This document shows, one piece after another, positions 10,007 to 21,947 of a stretch of 40,786 nucleotides of DNA. Each line of letters starts with the position of its first letter. The first letter of the stretch is position 1. Both the position numbers and the translations under genes were made by a program. The stretch covers positions 1-40,786 of the forward strand of contig NW_021835329.1 of NCBI RefSeq assembly GCF_006345805.1, written 5' to 3'. The DNA is from Octopus sinensis. Lineage: Eukaryota. Under the pieces are notes generated by a model that did not search any database, had not been told where the DNA came from, and saw only the letters and a list, made by a program, of their open reading frames with translations.

Positions 10007-12950
10007 TCAGGATTTGGGCACCAAGGCCCATTCGAGCAGAGAGTTATTGTTTCCGGAGACATATCCGGGTGTGGGTCGTTTGTCCGGGACTGTTTGAAGG
10101 AATTTGTCCAAAGACTTCTTTAATTTTGTGTGGTCAGTTTCTTTTTTGACGTGTCCTGGTGTAATGTTGAAGAGAGCGGGTCCAATTGAGGTGAAATAGT
10201 TGTGCCGTATTGTTGTTATGTGATGCGATTTAGATTTTTGTTGTGGACGGATGGCACGTGGTCCAAGCCTTGGATGTACTTTGAAGGTAATGCCAACATC
10301 ATTCGGACAGTGCTGATGGAATATTTTCCACATCATACAGATAATGTAGCGTTCACGGCGTCGTTGGAGTGAATACAGTTTTAGCTTCTCTAGTCTACCT
10401 CAGTAGTCAAGGTCTGACATGCCATCTATCTTTTTTGTGATTGACCTTTGGGGAGCTTCAATTCTCATAATATTTTGTTTTGTGTAGGGAGACCACAGTG
10501 GACAGCAGTATTCAAGGTAGGGTCGGGCAAAAGTGGAGAAGAGAAGAATAATAGTGTGGGAATCTCTCGACTGGAAGGTTCTGAGAATCCAGGAACACAT
10601 TCTGCGGGCCATGTCAACTTTGCTGCTTATATGTGTATCCCAGCTTATGTTGTTGTCCACTGTTACTCCCAAGTCTCTGATGTTGTTGGATGCCATGAGA
10701 ATTTCTCCAGATGGAAGGGAGTATGGGAGTTTCAGAGCGTCCTCCCTTCCAAAGTGGATCAGTTCGATTTTGTCTTCGTTTAGCAACAAGTTATTCTTTT
10801 CCGCCCATTGGACAACAGCCAGTAGGTCTGACTGAAGGCTTATTCGGTCATCCACGCCATTGATGACCTTCTGGAGCTTGGAATCATCAGCGAAGGTTCT
10901 GATGTTACTGTGTTTGATGGTGTCAGTAATATCATTTATGTAGATGATGAAGAGAAGTGGGCCCAACACAGTGCCTTGTGGGACACCACTACTGACTTTG
11001 GCTGGGCTGGATTTGACTCCTTCGACTCCAACATGTTGGGTTCTGTTAGACAGAAAGCACTTGATCCACTGCAGCAGCTTTCCAGTGACACCAATATTGG
11101 ACAGCTTTCTCAGAAGGATCTTATGATCAACCCTGTCAAAGGCCTTGCTGAAATCAAGGTAGATGACATCAGTGTTGGAATCCTCTCCCAAGGCTCTCAA
11201 AATGTCATCAAAATGATGCAGTAGATGCGTCAGGCAATCTCTCCCATTACGGAATCCATGCTGGTTGGAGTTCAGCATATTATGACTCTCAAGGAAGTGA
11301 GTCATACGCGATCTCAGCACTCTCTCAAATACCTTAATGATATGAGAGGTGAGTGAGATTGGACGGTAATTCACGGCAAGCGATTTGTTTCCTTTTTTAA
11401 AAACTGGGACAACAGACTGGGATAGAAGGTCTTCTGGTATATATCCAGCATCCAGTGAGTTCCGCCATAGATTGGCTAGAGGGGGTGCAAGTTGGTTTTG
11501 ACACATCTTCAAGACACAAGCAGGGAACCTATCGGGACCTACTGCTGAATTATGCTTCATTTCCTTTATTGCTGCTAAGACATCAGGAGCGCCAAAGGTT
11601 ATGTCCGATAAAGTGTATTGGGGAGTAACATCACTGATACAGCCCAGATCAGTCATATCAGGATTGCTGAAAACAGAGCAATATTGTTTCTGCAATATCT
11701 CCCCATGGTTTTGGCATTGTCTTGAAGAGTACCATTTTCATCAATCAGAGGGCCAACAGTAGAACCAGTGACTCTGTGTTTTTTTGCAAATGAAAAGAAC
11801 ACTTTGGGATTGAGTTTGATCTTCTCAATGGCCCAGGCCTCTTCAGCTCTTCGCTGACTTGATGATAGACATCATGTTGTTTTGGAGTTTATGTTTTTTA
11901 ATCTCTAGTGACGAGATGGCAGTCAGGTTGGTGTGTTGCTGTTGACAGTATTTCAGTTGTTGATTTTTTTGTTAATTCTTTTAAATTTCCTGATGAGAGA
12001 TTCTATTTCTAGGGATTCGACACTTAGATTTGTTTGCAGATCTTAATGGTGTGTTTTGCACATATGTTCGTAATGGTGTCTACAATGACTGCCAGGACTT
12101 TTTGATGTTAGTGTGTGTGTATGTGTGCGTGAAGGACCAATCGACTTGTGCAAGATCATTATTGATCGCTTCCCAGTTTGCATTGTGGAAATCCATAGTG
12201 TCAAATGGATGAACAGGAGGGATGACATTTGTTTTGCATTTTGGCCAGTGAAATCTCAGATCACAGAGAACCATGGCATGATCAGAGAGTAGGGTTTTCT
12301 CCACTACAATATTGTGGATAGTATCAGTGTGATTGCTGAAAATTAAGTCTAAGACGTTTTTATGACATCTCGTTGGTTCGAGTACCAGTTGGGACAGGAA
12401 GAAATCATCCATGATGATTGTGTATGTATGTCAGGGGTTGAGAGAGAAGAACCTGGCGGCAGACTGTTTGTAGACCAGTCAACCCCGGGAAGGTTGAAGT
12501 CTCCCATCATTAAAATGTTGTCAGGTTGACACTGCTGAATGAAACACTTTATGTTGTTGAGGCATTCCTTGAAGCATGGTAGGAGCGTTTGGGGTGGTCT
12601 GTAGAGCCCAATTACTGTTAAGTTGTTGGTTTGACTGAATACAGCGACTGCTTCGCAGTATCCATTGGAAAATATGTTCATAGCTTCTGTTGAGAATGAA
12701 TCATGAACATAAATGGCAGTCCCACCCTTACTTCTGCCAGCACGATCAGCACGAATGGCTTTGAAATTTTTAACTTTCACCTCGACTTCCAAGTGAAGGT
12801 TACTAAGATGGGTTTTGTGACGACGAAGAAGGGATGTGGTTTGGATGGGCCTCGACCCAGTCCTCCAGGAATCTATCTTCCATTTTTGTGTATGGGTGGA
12901 AGGGCTGATGCCTGGGCATTAAGCAAAAATGTTGAGGCGAGAGTGGATGG
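10007..12950 (-). pseudogene. LINE-A ORF2: apurinic endonuclease plus reverse transcriptase, disrupted
   Basis: APE: LLNAQ, MGDFNLP, VLDLIF, LSDH. RT: NYRPISLTSH, QHGFR, YLDFSKAFD, GVPQGTVLGPLLF, FADD, LEYCCPLWSP. Several frameshifts and stops. Confidence 0.95.
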
Positions 12951-13144
12951 TTTTAATTGTTTTGGTGATTTGTTTATTTGATTGCTTTTTAATGGCATGT
13001 GCAGTGGGGTAATAGTGGTGGATGGTGGTGGGTGATAGCTCGGATGTTTTTTCCAGTTCTTTTGCTAGATTCATTATAGCTAAAAAAGAGGAAGAAGAGG
13101 TTTCCTGTCTAGGGAACTGTAGGTGACTGTGGTTGTGGTTATTT

Positions 13145-14266
13145 TTATGAGTGGTTATTTCTATATGAGTCGTAGGTTTTTTTGCTTTTATTTTTATTTA
13201 TAATGTCATTTGTCCGACGAGTCCCCGGGAGATGGGTAAAGGGGCAATCCCTGTGCAAACACAATCTGTCTCGCTGGGAATAGCGGCAGATTTGGGGATT
13301 CCTTGTTTGAGATATTGGTGGTTGTGGTGGTGTTGTAATAGAGTATGTATTATAGTGGTTGCTGTTGTAGTTTGTGGGGATAGAGCGTTTTGTTCCAGGT
13401 AAATGGGTAAATTTGCAGTCTCTATCAGTGCATAATCTATGGCGAAGAGAATATCGGCAAATGATGGGGTTTCGAGTGGGTGTGTAGGTGCGTGTGTGTG
13501 TGTGAGTTGTGAGAGGTGTAGATGATTGTTTGTTGAGGTTTTGGCGACCTTTGTGACCTGTAGGAGGTAAATTCCTTGAGATAGCATTAGTAGTAGTAGT
13601 TGTAGTAGTAGTAGTAGTAGGTAGAAGAGATGTTGACAGTGATGATTGAGGAGGTCGATTCCATGAGAGGGCGGTTGACAAAGATGTTTGTCGATACATA
13701 GTGGGAGTAGTACTAGTAGTAGTAAGCAGAGGAGATGATATTGACAATGATGATGATTGAGCTGCTGGGGCAGTGAAAGGAAGGGTGGTGCTTCCTGCTG
13801 TGTGACCCTGATGACTGGGGGGGTCAATCGTTTCGTTTCGCAAATCGGCCATTGTAGATGAATCAAGGAGTGGTTCATCCTGTTGTTGTTGCCGCTGAGG
13901 TTGTTGCTGCTGAAGTTGTTGTTGTTGTTGCTGTATCTGTTGTTGTTGTTGCCGCTGAGTTTGTTGTTGAGGTTGTTGTTGTTGTTGTTGTTATTGTTGT
14001 TGCGCCGGTGTTACGTTCGAAGAGAAAACACATCTCAGTTTATCGAAGTGTTTATTTATTAGTTTAAAAGCAACTTCGATTTGTTTTAATTTATTTTGTA
14101 TCTGCTGTTCAGATCGAGTTTGCAAATGGTGAACTGTTCGTTTAGCAATTTCGTTCAGACACGAAGCACCTATGCTCTCTGTTTGGGTAAGGCAAAGCCA
14201 TGTGTTGATAAGAACGTCGATTTCATTATCAGACCAGTTTTTGTTGGATTTTTGGTGGCTAGCCAT
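13145..14266 (-). pseudogene. LINE-A ORF1: Myb/SANT-like domain, polyQ, S/T-rich linker and two CCCH zinc fingers; one premature TAA
   Basis: ORFs 13991-14266 and 13145-13852 are in the same frame, separated only by a CAA>TAA at 13991-13993 inside the Gln tract. Fingers C-x8-C-x4-C-x3-H at 13403-13459 and 13232-13288. Confidence 0.8.
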
Positions 14267-14735
14267 TCTGGTGGATATGTTTTATTAAATTCTATTTTGT
14301 TCGTTTGTTTTGTTGATTACTTTTGATTATTTTTTTTAAGGAGAAGTATGTAGAATAGATTGTACAGAATGTTTGCTGTAATACTGAGAAATTTGTATTT
14401 GAATTATGAGCTTGAGTTACATTTTTTTTTTTTTCTTTTCTTTTTTTTTTTTTTCCTTTTTTTCCTCTTTTTCTAATTTTTAACGTGTGGGTGATCCTTT
14501 AGTTATCAGAAGGTGTTGACGAAAAATGAATACTCTCTCATACGAGTGTGTGGTTTTGTTTATTTGGTCGTTTGAAAAATATGAAAATAGTGGGGAAAAG
14601 CGTGGTTTCAAATATACAGGAATATATGTGATGGTCATTCGAATGTAGCTGATGTGAAGCTTGGTGCTGACCGGCGCGGAGAGAGTAAAAACACGTCTTT
14701 ATACTTCAGCGATCAACGGTAATCAATAATATATA

Positions 14736-14779
<44 letters not shown>

Positions 14780-14782
14780 ATA

Positions 14783-14815
<33 letters not shown>

Positions 14816-14820
<5 letters not shown>

Positions 14821-15578
14821 CAACAATTGAGGGTAAAATTAATTAATTAATCAATTTCACCAAGTATTCAGTATGCAAAGGGACCATTTAAGGCGAATTC
14901 AAATTATTACATTATATAAAAGGGCTTAGTAAAATAAATTACTTTGCCGCATACTGAACTCATTAGAAATAGCAGCTAAAAAAAAAACTTTTTTTTATAA
15001 CTATTTCTAATACTTAAAGAAAACCTCTCTCATATAGTGTTTGCTCAATTCAACTCACGAAAATATGGGGGTAGAGACATTAAAAAAATCAAGTGCAAAG
15101 GTTATTTGAGAACGTACGTTTCAAGATTAGTCAAACTCGACATTTCTATCATCAGCTCAGAACTCCCTGGTTTGGATTTGAAAACACTGAAAGTGGGAGC
15201 ATACCCTTTCGGCTTCTTATCGCTTCTGAAGATCTGCTCGTAACTAACAGTGCCAACAAACTCAAAAATGCAAGCGAAGAATTTCTGCTCTCCCCTTTCC
15301 ACCAGCATGGGTTAAAATCAGCAAACACTATGCTTTTTTCGGTAAAATCCGAGGTATTATATAGAGAGAGATGAATTATAATTTCAACAATTGAGGGTAA
15401 AATTAATTAATTAATCAATTTCACCAAGTGAATTGAGCAAACACTATATGAGAGAGGTTTTCTTTAAGTATTAGAAATAGTTATAAAAAAAAAGTTTTTT
15501 TTAGCTGCTATTTCTAATGAGTTCAGTATGCGGCAAAGTAATTTATTTTACTAAGCCCTTTTATATAATGTAATAATT
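14816..15578 (-). mobile_element. ORF-less PLE-type element: 564-bp unit, 50-bp terminal direct repeat and 150-bp inverted arm
   Basis: Direct repeat 14816-14865 = 15380-15429; inverted repeat 14902-15051 vs 15430-15578; HHR at 15107-15159; TA arrays on both sides. Confidence 0.85.
15107..15159 (-). ncRNA. Type I hammerhead ribozyme
   Basis: UGAG-CUGAUGA-[U AGA..GUCGA gu UUGAC..UCU U]-GAAA-CGUACG-U-U-CUCA. Canonical core, palindromic helix III ACGUACGU, GUU site. Confidence 0.85.
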
Positions 15579-15604
15579 ATATATATATATAGATATATAT
15601 ATAT

Positions 15605-15657
<53 letters not shown>

Positions 15658-15750
15658 TAATCCAAACAAGAAAACACAGAAAAAAACAGCAACGCGAGGA
15701 CGTGGAACAATTAAAGTATTATTTGACGCTCAGGAATGAAGGTAAGGAGA

Positions 15751-15785
15751 GTTTAACGTTTCGAGCGGAGCTCTTCGTCGGAAAC
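15751..15785 (-). ncRNA. Minimal hammerhead ribozyme, U4C variant (3' pLTR)
   Basis: GUUU-CCGACGA-A-GAGC(UCC)GCUC-GAAA-CG-U-U-AAAC. Helix III is only the palindrome ACGU. Confidence 0.78.
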
Positions 15786-16500
15786 AAAGGAGAAGGAAAG
15801 ATTCCGAGAAGAGAAGACAGAGGAAAAATTTTTTTTGCTGGTGGTGCTCAAGAGATCACATGTTGAAAGAACAGAAGTTGAAAGGTAGACGAATCATGAT
15901 TTTTAAAAACAAGAGAGTTTCAAAGACAAGGAATGTGTGTGGGTGCGTGTTTGTGTGTGTTTGTGCGTGTGTGTGTGTGTGTATGTATGGTGAATAACAG
16001 GCATGGCAAGCCAGCTGTCATAAAGGAATGGCACTTTTTGTTATCCAGCGAGGTCAAAACCAGGTCGAAAACAAAGGGGTATATGTGTGTGCGTGTAAGT
16101 ATATGTATCATGTGTGTGTGTTGTTTGTAGTGTGTGTGCATGTGTGTGTTCGTGTGTGTATGCGTAGAGTTTTGGTATGTGGCAAGTAACTGTGCTTAAC
16201 CTAGTGTATGTGTGCGTGTCTGTTTGTACGTGCGTGTGTGTGTAGGGATGTATGTGTGGGTTCATTTGTGTGAGTGTGTATGTATGTACGTGTATGTGTG
16301 CGTTTGTATGTGTTTATGTGTATGTGTGCGTGCGCCGATAGGTGTATATTGTGTATGTATATCTGTCGATATGTATGTGAGTTTGTGTGTGTTTGTACGT
16401 GTGTATGTGTGTGTGCGTGTATTGTATATATATGTAAATGTGTGTGCGTGTGTGTGTACGTGCGTGCGAGTGAATGTATGTATATATGTGCGTGTGTTAA

Positions 16501-16731
16501 GGCGGCGAGCTGGCAGAAACGTTAGCACGCCGGGCGAAATGCTTTGTGGTATTTCGTCTGTCGTTACGTTCTGAGTTCAAATTCCGCCGAGGTCGACTTT
16601 GCCTTTCATCCTTCCGGGGTCGATAAATAAAGTACCAGTTTCGCACTGGGGTCGATGTAATCGGCTTAATCCGTTTGTCTATCCTTGTTTGTCCCCTCTA
16701 TGTTTAGCCCCTTGTGGGTAATAGAGAAATA
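16501..16731 (+). mobile_element. tRNA-derived SINE (family 1, copy 1)
   Basis: GGCGGCGAGC start, A-box-like TGGCAGAAACGTT, B-box GAGTTCAAATTC, central GCCTTTCATCCTTCCGGGGTCGATAAA..GTACCAG; near-identical to 17644-17870. Confidence 0.88.
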
Positions 16732-17643
16732 TATATGTGCGTGTGTGTACAATGTAGAGGCTTATATGTGTGTTTATCTGTGTGTATGTGTGTAAGTGTG
16801 TGTGTGTATGTATGTGTGCATGCGTGTATGTGTGTGTATGTATGTATAAGTATGTGTATGTATGTATCTATGTATGTATGTGTACGTATGTGTGTGTATG
16901 TTTGTATGTGTGTATGTATGTGTGTATATGTATGCGTGTGCGTATGTATGTGTGTGTATGCATGTATGTGTGTGTATGTCTGTATGTGTGTTTGTGTGTG
17001 TGTATGTGTGTATATGTGTGTATGTATGTGTGTGTATATATGTATGTGTGTATGTATGTATGTGTGCCTGCGTGTATGTGTGCATGGGTGTGTGTATGTA
17101 TGTATATGTATGTGCGTGTGTATGTATGTATGTGTGTATGTGTGTGTATGTGTATGTATGTATATGTATGCGTGTGTGTATGTATGTATGTGTGTACGTG
17201 TGTGTGTCTGTATGTATGTATGTGTGTGTCTGTATGTATGTGTGTGTGTATGTATGTATGTACGTAGGTATGTATGTATGTGTGTAAGTGTGTGTGTGTA
17301 TGTATTGTATTTATGCATGCGTATGTGTATATGTGCGTGTGTGTACGTATGTATGTATATGTATGTGTGTGTGTGTATATGTATGTATGTATCTATGTAT
17401 GTAGTGTATGTATGTGTGTGTGTATGTATGTATGTGTGCATGCGTGTATGTGTGTGTGTATGTATGTATATATATGTGTGTGTATGTGTGTGTGTATATG
17501 TGTGTGTATGTATGTGCGTATGTATGTATGTATGTGTGTGTATGTGTGTGTATGTATGTATGTATGTATGTATGTGTGTGTAAGTGTGTGTGTGTGTATG
17601 TATGTGTGTATGTATGTATGTGTGCGTGCGTGTGTGTGTATCT

Positions 17644-17870
17644 GCGAGCTGGCAGAAACGTTAGCACGCCGGGCGAAATGCGTTGCCGTATTTCGTCTGC
17701 CGTTACGTTCCGAGTTCAAATTCCGCCGAGGTCGACTTTGCCTTTCATCCTTCCGAGGTCGATAAATTAAGTACCAGTTACGCACTGGGGTCGATGTAAT
17801 CGACTTAATCCCTTTGTCTGTCCTTGTTTGTCTCCTCTGTGTTTAGCCCCTTGTGGATAGTAAAGAAATA
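17644..17870 (+). mobile_element. tRNA-derived SINE (family 1, copy 2)
   Basis: Same sequence as 16501-16731 with scattered substitutions. Confidence 0.88.
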
Positions 17871-19172
17871 TATATTTGTGTATGTATGTATCTATGTATG
17901 TGTGCATGTATGTGTGTATGTATGTATGTGTGTGTATGTATGTATGTGTGTGTGTGCATGTGTATGTATGTATATGTATGCGTGTGTGTATGTGTGTGTA
18001 TGTATGTTCGGGTGTATGTGTGTATGTATGCGTGTGTGTATGTGTGTGTATGTATGTATATGTATGCGTGTGTGTATGTAAGTATGTGTGTATGTATGTG
18101 TGTGTGTATGTATGTGTGTATGTGTGTGTATGTATGTATGTATGTAAGTGTGTGTGTGTATGTATGTATGTACGTATGTATGTATGTGTGTGTATGTATG
18201 TGTATATATGTATGTATGTGTGCATGCGTGTATGTGTGTATGTGCGTGTGTGTACGTATGTATGTATATGTATGTGTGTGTATGTATATGTATGTGTGTG
18301 TATGTATGTATGTATCTATGTATGTATGTATGTGTGTATGTGTGTGTGTATGTATGTATGTGTGTATGCGTGTATGTGTGTGTGTATGTATGTATGTGTG
18401 TGTATGTATGTGTATGCGTGTATGTATGTGTGTGTATGTATCTGTGTATATATGTGTATGTATGTGTGTATGTATGTGTGTACGTGTGTATGTATGTATG
18501 TATGTATTTGTGTGTATGTATGCGTATGTATGTATGTGTGCGTGCGTGTGTGTGTGTGGGTATGTGTCTGTGTATGTATGTATGTTTATGTATGTGTGTG
18601 TATGTATGTATGTGTGTATGTATGTATGTGTGCATATGTGTATGTGTGTGTATATATGTGTGTATGTATGTGTGTGTATGTATGTGTGTGTATGTGTGTG
18701 TGTATGTATGTATGAATGTATTTATGTATGTATGCGTGTGTGTATGTATGTATGTATGAATGTATCTATGTATGTATTATGTGTGTGTACGTATGTATGT
18801 ATGTGTGTGAATGTATGCGTGTGGGGGGGGGTTGGAGTTGTGTGGGCGTAAGGTACATGCGCGTGCTTGTGTGCGTGTGTGCGCTTACGTGCGTGCATCT
18901 GTGCGTCTCAGGTAGGTGTTTATAGGAGTGTGCGTATCTGTATGAGTATTGTCCCTGGTGTGTGTGCACGTGCATGTGTGTGTGCGCGTGGGGGTGTGGG
19001 GGTGTATATAGGTGTGGAAGTATGTGTGCGTACATGTGCATGTACGTTGTGTGTGTGTGGTGTGTTGGGAGTAGGTGTATTCGTGGGTACGTGAGTATGT
19101 GTGTGTGTGACTGCATAAGGACAATTATAAAAATATAAAATATAAAAGATGCTAGTGGGGAGAATGTGGAGC

Positions 19173-21947
19173 TCAGTCACTAAGAGGAGGGGGCTGTGTT
19201 GAGTCGTGTGGGGTTAGAGTCTGTAGAAGGAATATGAGCCGTTGCTCCAAGTGAAGCCTAGATTGTGGAGAGCCGTTGTGTGGGGCAAGACCAAACACCG
19301 AGATGTCATCGGGGGAATGGCTGGCCGAGCGGAAGTGACGTGCGACGGGAAAATTGGACCATGGACGAACATCCCTCAGATGTTCGGCGAATCGGTCTGA
19401 CAACCGGCGTCCCGTCTGTCCTATATACAGCATTCCGCAGAGGTTGCATTTAATGCAGTATATGAGTCCAGACGAGGTGCACGTAAAAGAATGTCTGATA
19501 CGTACAGTTCGCCGGTTGGAACCGGTGACAGCAGTGGTGTTGGTGATGAAGAGGCAGGTGTTACAGCGGGATCTGGAGCACGGGAAGGATCCGAGTGGGG
19601 CCGAGGGAGAAGAAGGGAAGGTGCTACGGACCAGGAGGTTGCGTAGATTCCGGGCTCGTTTGAAGGAGGACAGGATGGGTTGGGGAAAATGGGGTGGGTC
19701 GTGGAATCGAGCTGGAGACGACGGAAGGCGCAAAGTATCTTCCGACGAAGGGGTATAGTAGAGGGGTGGAAAAGGAGGGGAAAGGGGGTGCGGTTGGGGG
19801 GGGGGGGTGAGTGGAAGGAGAAAGGGCGGTGGTGCGGTCGATGCGACGAGCGCGGGCGAGGGCGTTCAAGACCAGGGTAGGTGGGTATCCTCGAAGCCTG
19901 AACAGGCGGGCCAGGTATTGAGACTGGGTCTCGAAATCCTGGTCGCGGCTGCACAAGCGTCGGAGGCGGAGGAACTGGGAGTAGGGGATGGCCCGTTTGG
20001 TGTGGAAGGGATGGGAGGAGGAGAAGTTGAGATAGAGGTGGGAATCCGTGGGTTTGAAGAAAACGGAGGTGGTGAGAGAGTGAGATATCAAGGAAGTTAA
20101 CAGAAGTATTGGATATGGTGGAAGTGAATTGTAGAGAAGGGTGGAAGTTAGAGACGAAGAGATGAAGTGGCAGAGTTGTTCGCGGGAAAGGGAGGTGGCG
20201 CCTATACAGTCGTCTATGTAACGACCGTATAGTTCTGGGGTCGGCCCGGAGAATTGAGAGAATACTTGGGCCTCAATGTAGCCAACAAAGAGATTGGCGA
20301 AATTGGGGCCCATTCTCGTTCCCATCGCAACCCCAGACAGCTGTTGGTACGTTTCCCCGGCGAACGTGAAACAGTTGAGGGTTAGGACGAGCTCTGCCAG
20401 GCGGAGAAGGGTGGGGGTGCTAGGGGTGAGGTCGAGACGACGGTCGAGGAAGTGTTGGAGAGCTAGGAGACCGTCGTTGTGGGGAATTACCGTATACAGG
20501 GATTTGATGTCAAGAGTGAAGAGGAGGTGTGAGGGGCTGGAAGGGAAGGAAAAGGAATTGAAGAGATGGAGGGCGTGGTTGGTATCATGTATGTGGGAAG
20601 GGAGGGCTTTGACTAAGGGGGACAGGATGCGGTCGAGGTATAGGGAAATGTGTTCAGTTGGGGAATTACAGGCGGAAACGATGGGGCGGCCAGGGTTATT
20701 GGGCTTATGAATTTTGGGAAGGAAATAGATGGTGGAGGTGCGGGGTGTGCGGACGATGAGGTTGGTGGAGGTGGGAGGGAGAGCAGAAGAGGAGATGAGT
20801 TCGCGGATGGTGGAGGACTCTCGCTGTTGGTAGGAAGAGGTGGGATCAGAGGGGAGGAGGCGATAGAAGAGTGGATTTTGAAGCTGGCTGAGCGCTTCCT
20901 CCTTGTAGAGATCCGCGCGTCACACCACCACTGCTCCGCCTTTGTCCGCCGGTTTGATGACAATGTCATTGCGGCGACGGAGGTGGCGAAGGGCAACCAA
21001 TTCAGCCTGTGTGAGGTTTTCTCGGAGAGGTCTTTTTTTAAAGTTAAACCGGTTTACCAACGCGTTGCAGTCGTTCACAAACGAATCTAGGCTACTGAAT
21101 TGGCCCAGGGGCGGCGTCCAGTTGGATGGGCGGTGCCCCAGCTCCAAAAAGCAATCCTGATTGTCGTGACGCTGCGGAGACGCGTGGAAGAAGGCGCAAA
21201 GTTTGAGGCGGCACAGGAACTGGTTGACGTCCGTCCATGTCTCGAATTCGTCACAGTGGCGCGTGAGACGCGTGAAGCGGATTCCTTACTGAGGATAGAG
21301 CGCTCGGCAGCGGAGAGGGGGAGATTGGGGGGTATAGTGACAACAGTGCGAGGAAGCGGGGTGGTGGGATGAGTGGGGTCAGGAAGAGGGGGTGCAGAGG
21401 TGTGGGGAGGAGAGTTGGGGTGGTTGGGTGAAGATGGGGTAGGCGTAGAAAGGTCAGGGTGGGGTGTGTGTTGGTCCGTGGAGGGGGAAGGGGGAGGGGT
21501 GGAGAGAGTTGGGGGAGCTGGATGGGAGGATGTGGAGGAGAGGGGAGGGGAAGGAGGTGAAGGGTTCAGGAGGTGGTGGAGTTTTTTGTTTTTTGTGTGT
21601 GTGAGGAAATTGTGAAGCTGGTGGTTGAGATTAAGAATGAAGCGGAGAATAGGTTGGGTGAAGAGTGGAGGGCAGAGGGAGGAGAGAAGGAGGTAAGCTT
21701 GGGGAAGTAGGTGGTCAAAGGAGTGAAGGAGAGAGCGGGTGGAACGGATGGTAGCACGGATGAGGAGGCGGGAAGTGCGGGCGAGGTTGGGTTCGATGAA
21801 GGGGGAGGAATAGGGGGTGGCGTGGAACTTCAAGAGGAAGCCACGGGATGTGACATGATAGCGGAGGCAACGGCTGAGGAAGGAGAGATGGCTAGAGTGG
21901 CGAGTTTTTTTTAAAAAGTGAGAAAGTTTTTTGCGTGTTGTAAGCAT
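19173..21947 (-). pseudogene. Neptune-type PLE polyprotein (N-terminal domain, RT, Cys linker, GIY-YIG), frameshifted
   Basis: IVIKPADKGGAVVV, MGTRMGPNFANLF, YGRYIDD, SSSHP..KRAIPYSQFLRLRRLCS, PCSRSRCNTC linker, LIYCIKCNLCGMLYIGQTGRRLSDRFAEH. Confidence 0.93.

Larger units (their letters stand above)
9921..14725 (-). mobile_element. Near full-length CR1-group LINE (LINE-A), ~4.8 kb
   Basis: ORF1 13145-14266; APE-RT ORF2 ~10007-12950; 3' palindrome GGCCAATATTGGCC (9947-9960); 3' tail (TTCTAAGTTA)x2; TA arrays on both sides. 5' boundary approximate. Confidence 0.88.
16120..19110. repeat. Compound (TG)n/(TATG)n microsatellite, ~3 kb, interrupted by two SINEs
   Basis: Seen directly; it is the source of the many C/V/Y/M and H/T/I ORFs. 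Confidence 0.97.

Noticed and set aside
10884-10890. Isolated CTGANGA/CCGANGA matches (also 1711, 2167, 3733, 6490, 15226, 19742, 39565)
   Set aside because: They lie inside coding sequence (e.g. FADD codons) or lack a downstream GAAA and closing helices.
13198-14067. Alternative-frame ORFs over LINE-A ORF1 (226-aa Leu/His-rich; poly-Val on plus)
   Set aside because: By-products of the CAA/ACT repeats; the Myb-polyQ-CCCH frame explains the region.
16120-19124. Long ORFs (up to 332 aa) rich in C/V/Y/M or H/T/I/Y
   Set aside because: They are translations of (TG)/(TATG) microsatellites, which lack stop codons in most frames. The same applies to 4160-4516, 6971-7610, 34232-34628, 35707-35952 and 39575-39961.
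19770-21560. G-run clusters with G-quadruplex potential on the plus strand
   Set aside because: A consequence of Pro/Ser-rich codons on the coding strand; no independent evidence of function.
19265-21914. Plus-strand ORFs antisense to the Neptune element (e.g. 20294-20710, 20650-21090)
   Set aside because: Shadow ORFs of a GC-rich coding sequence; no recognisable motifs.
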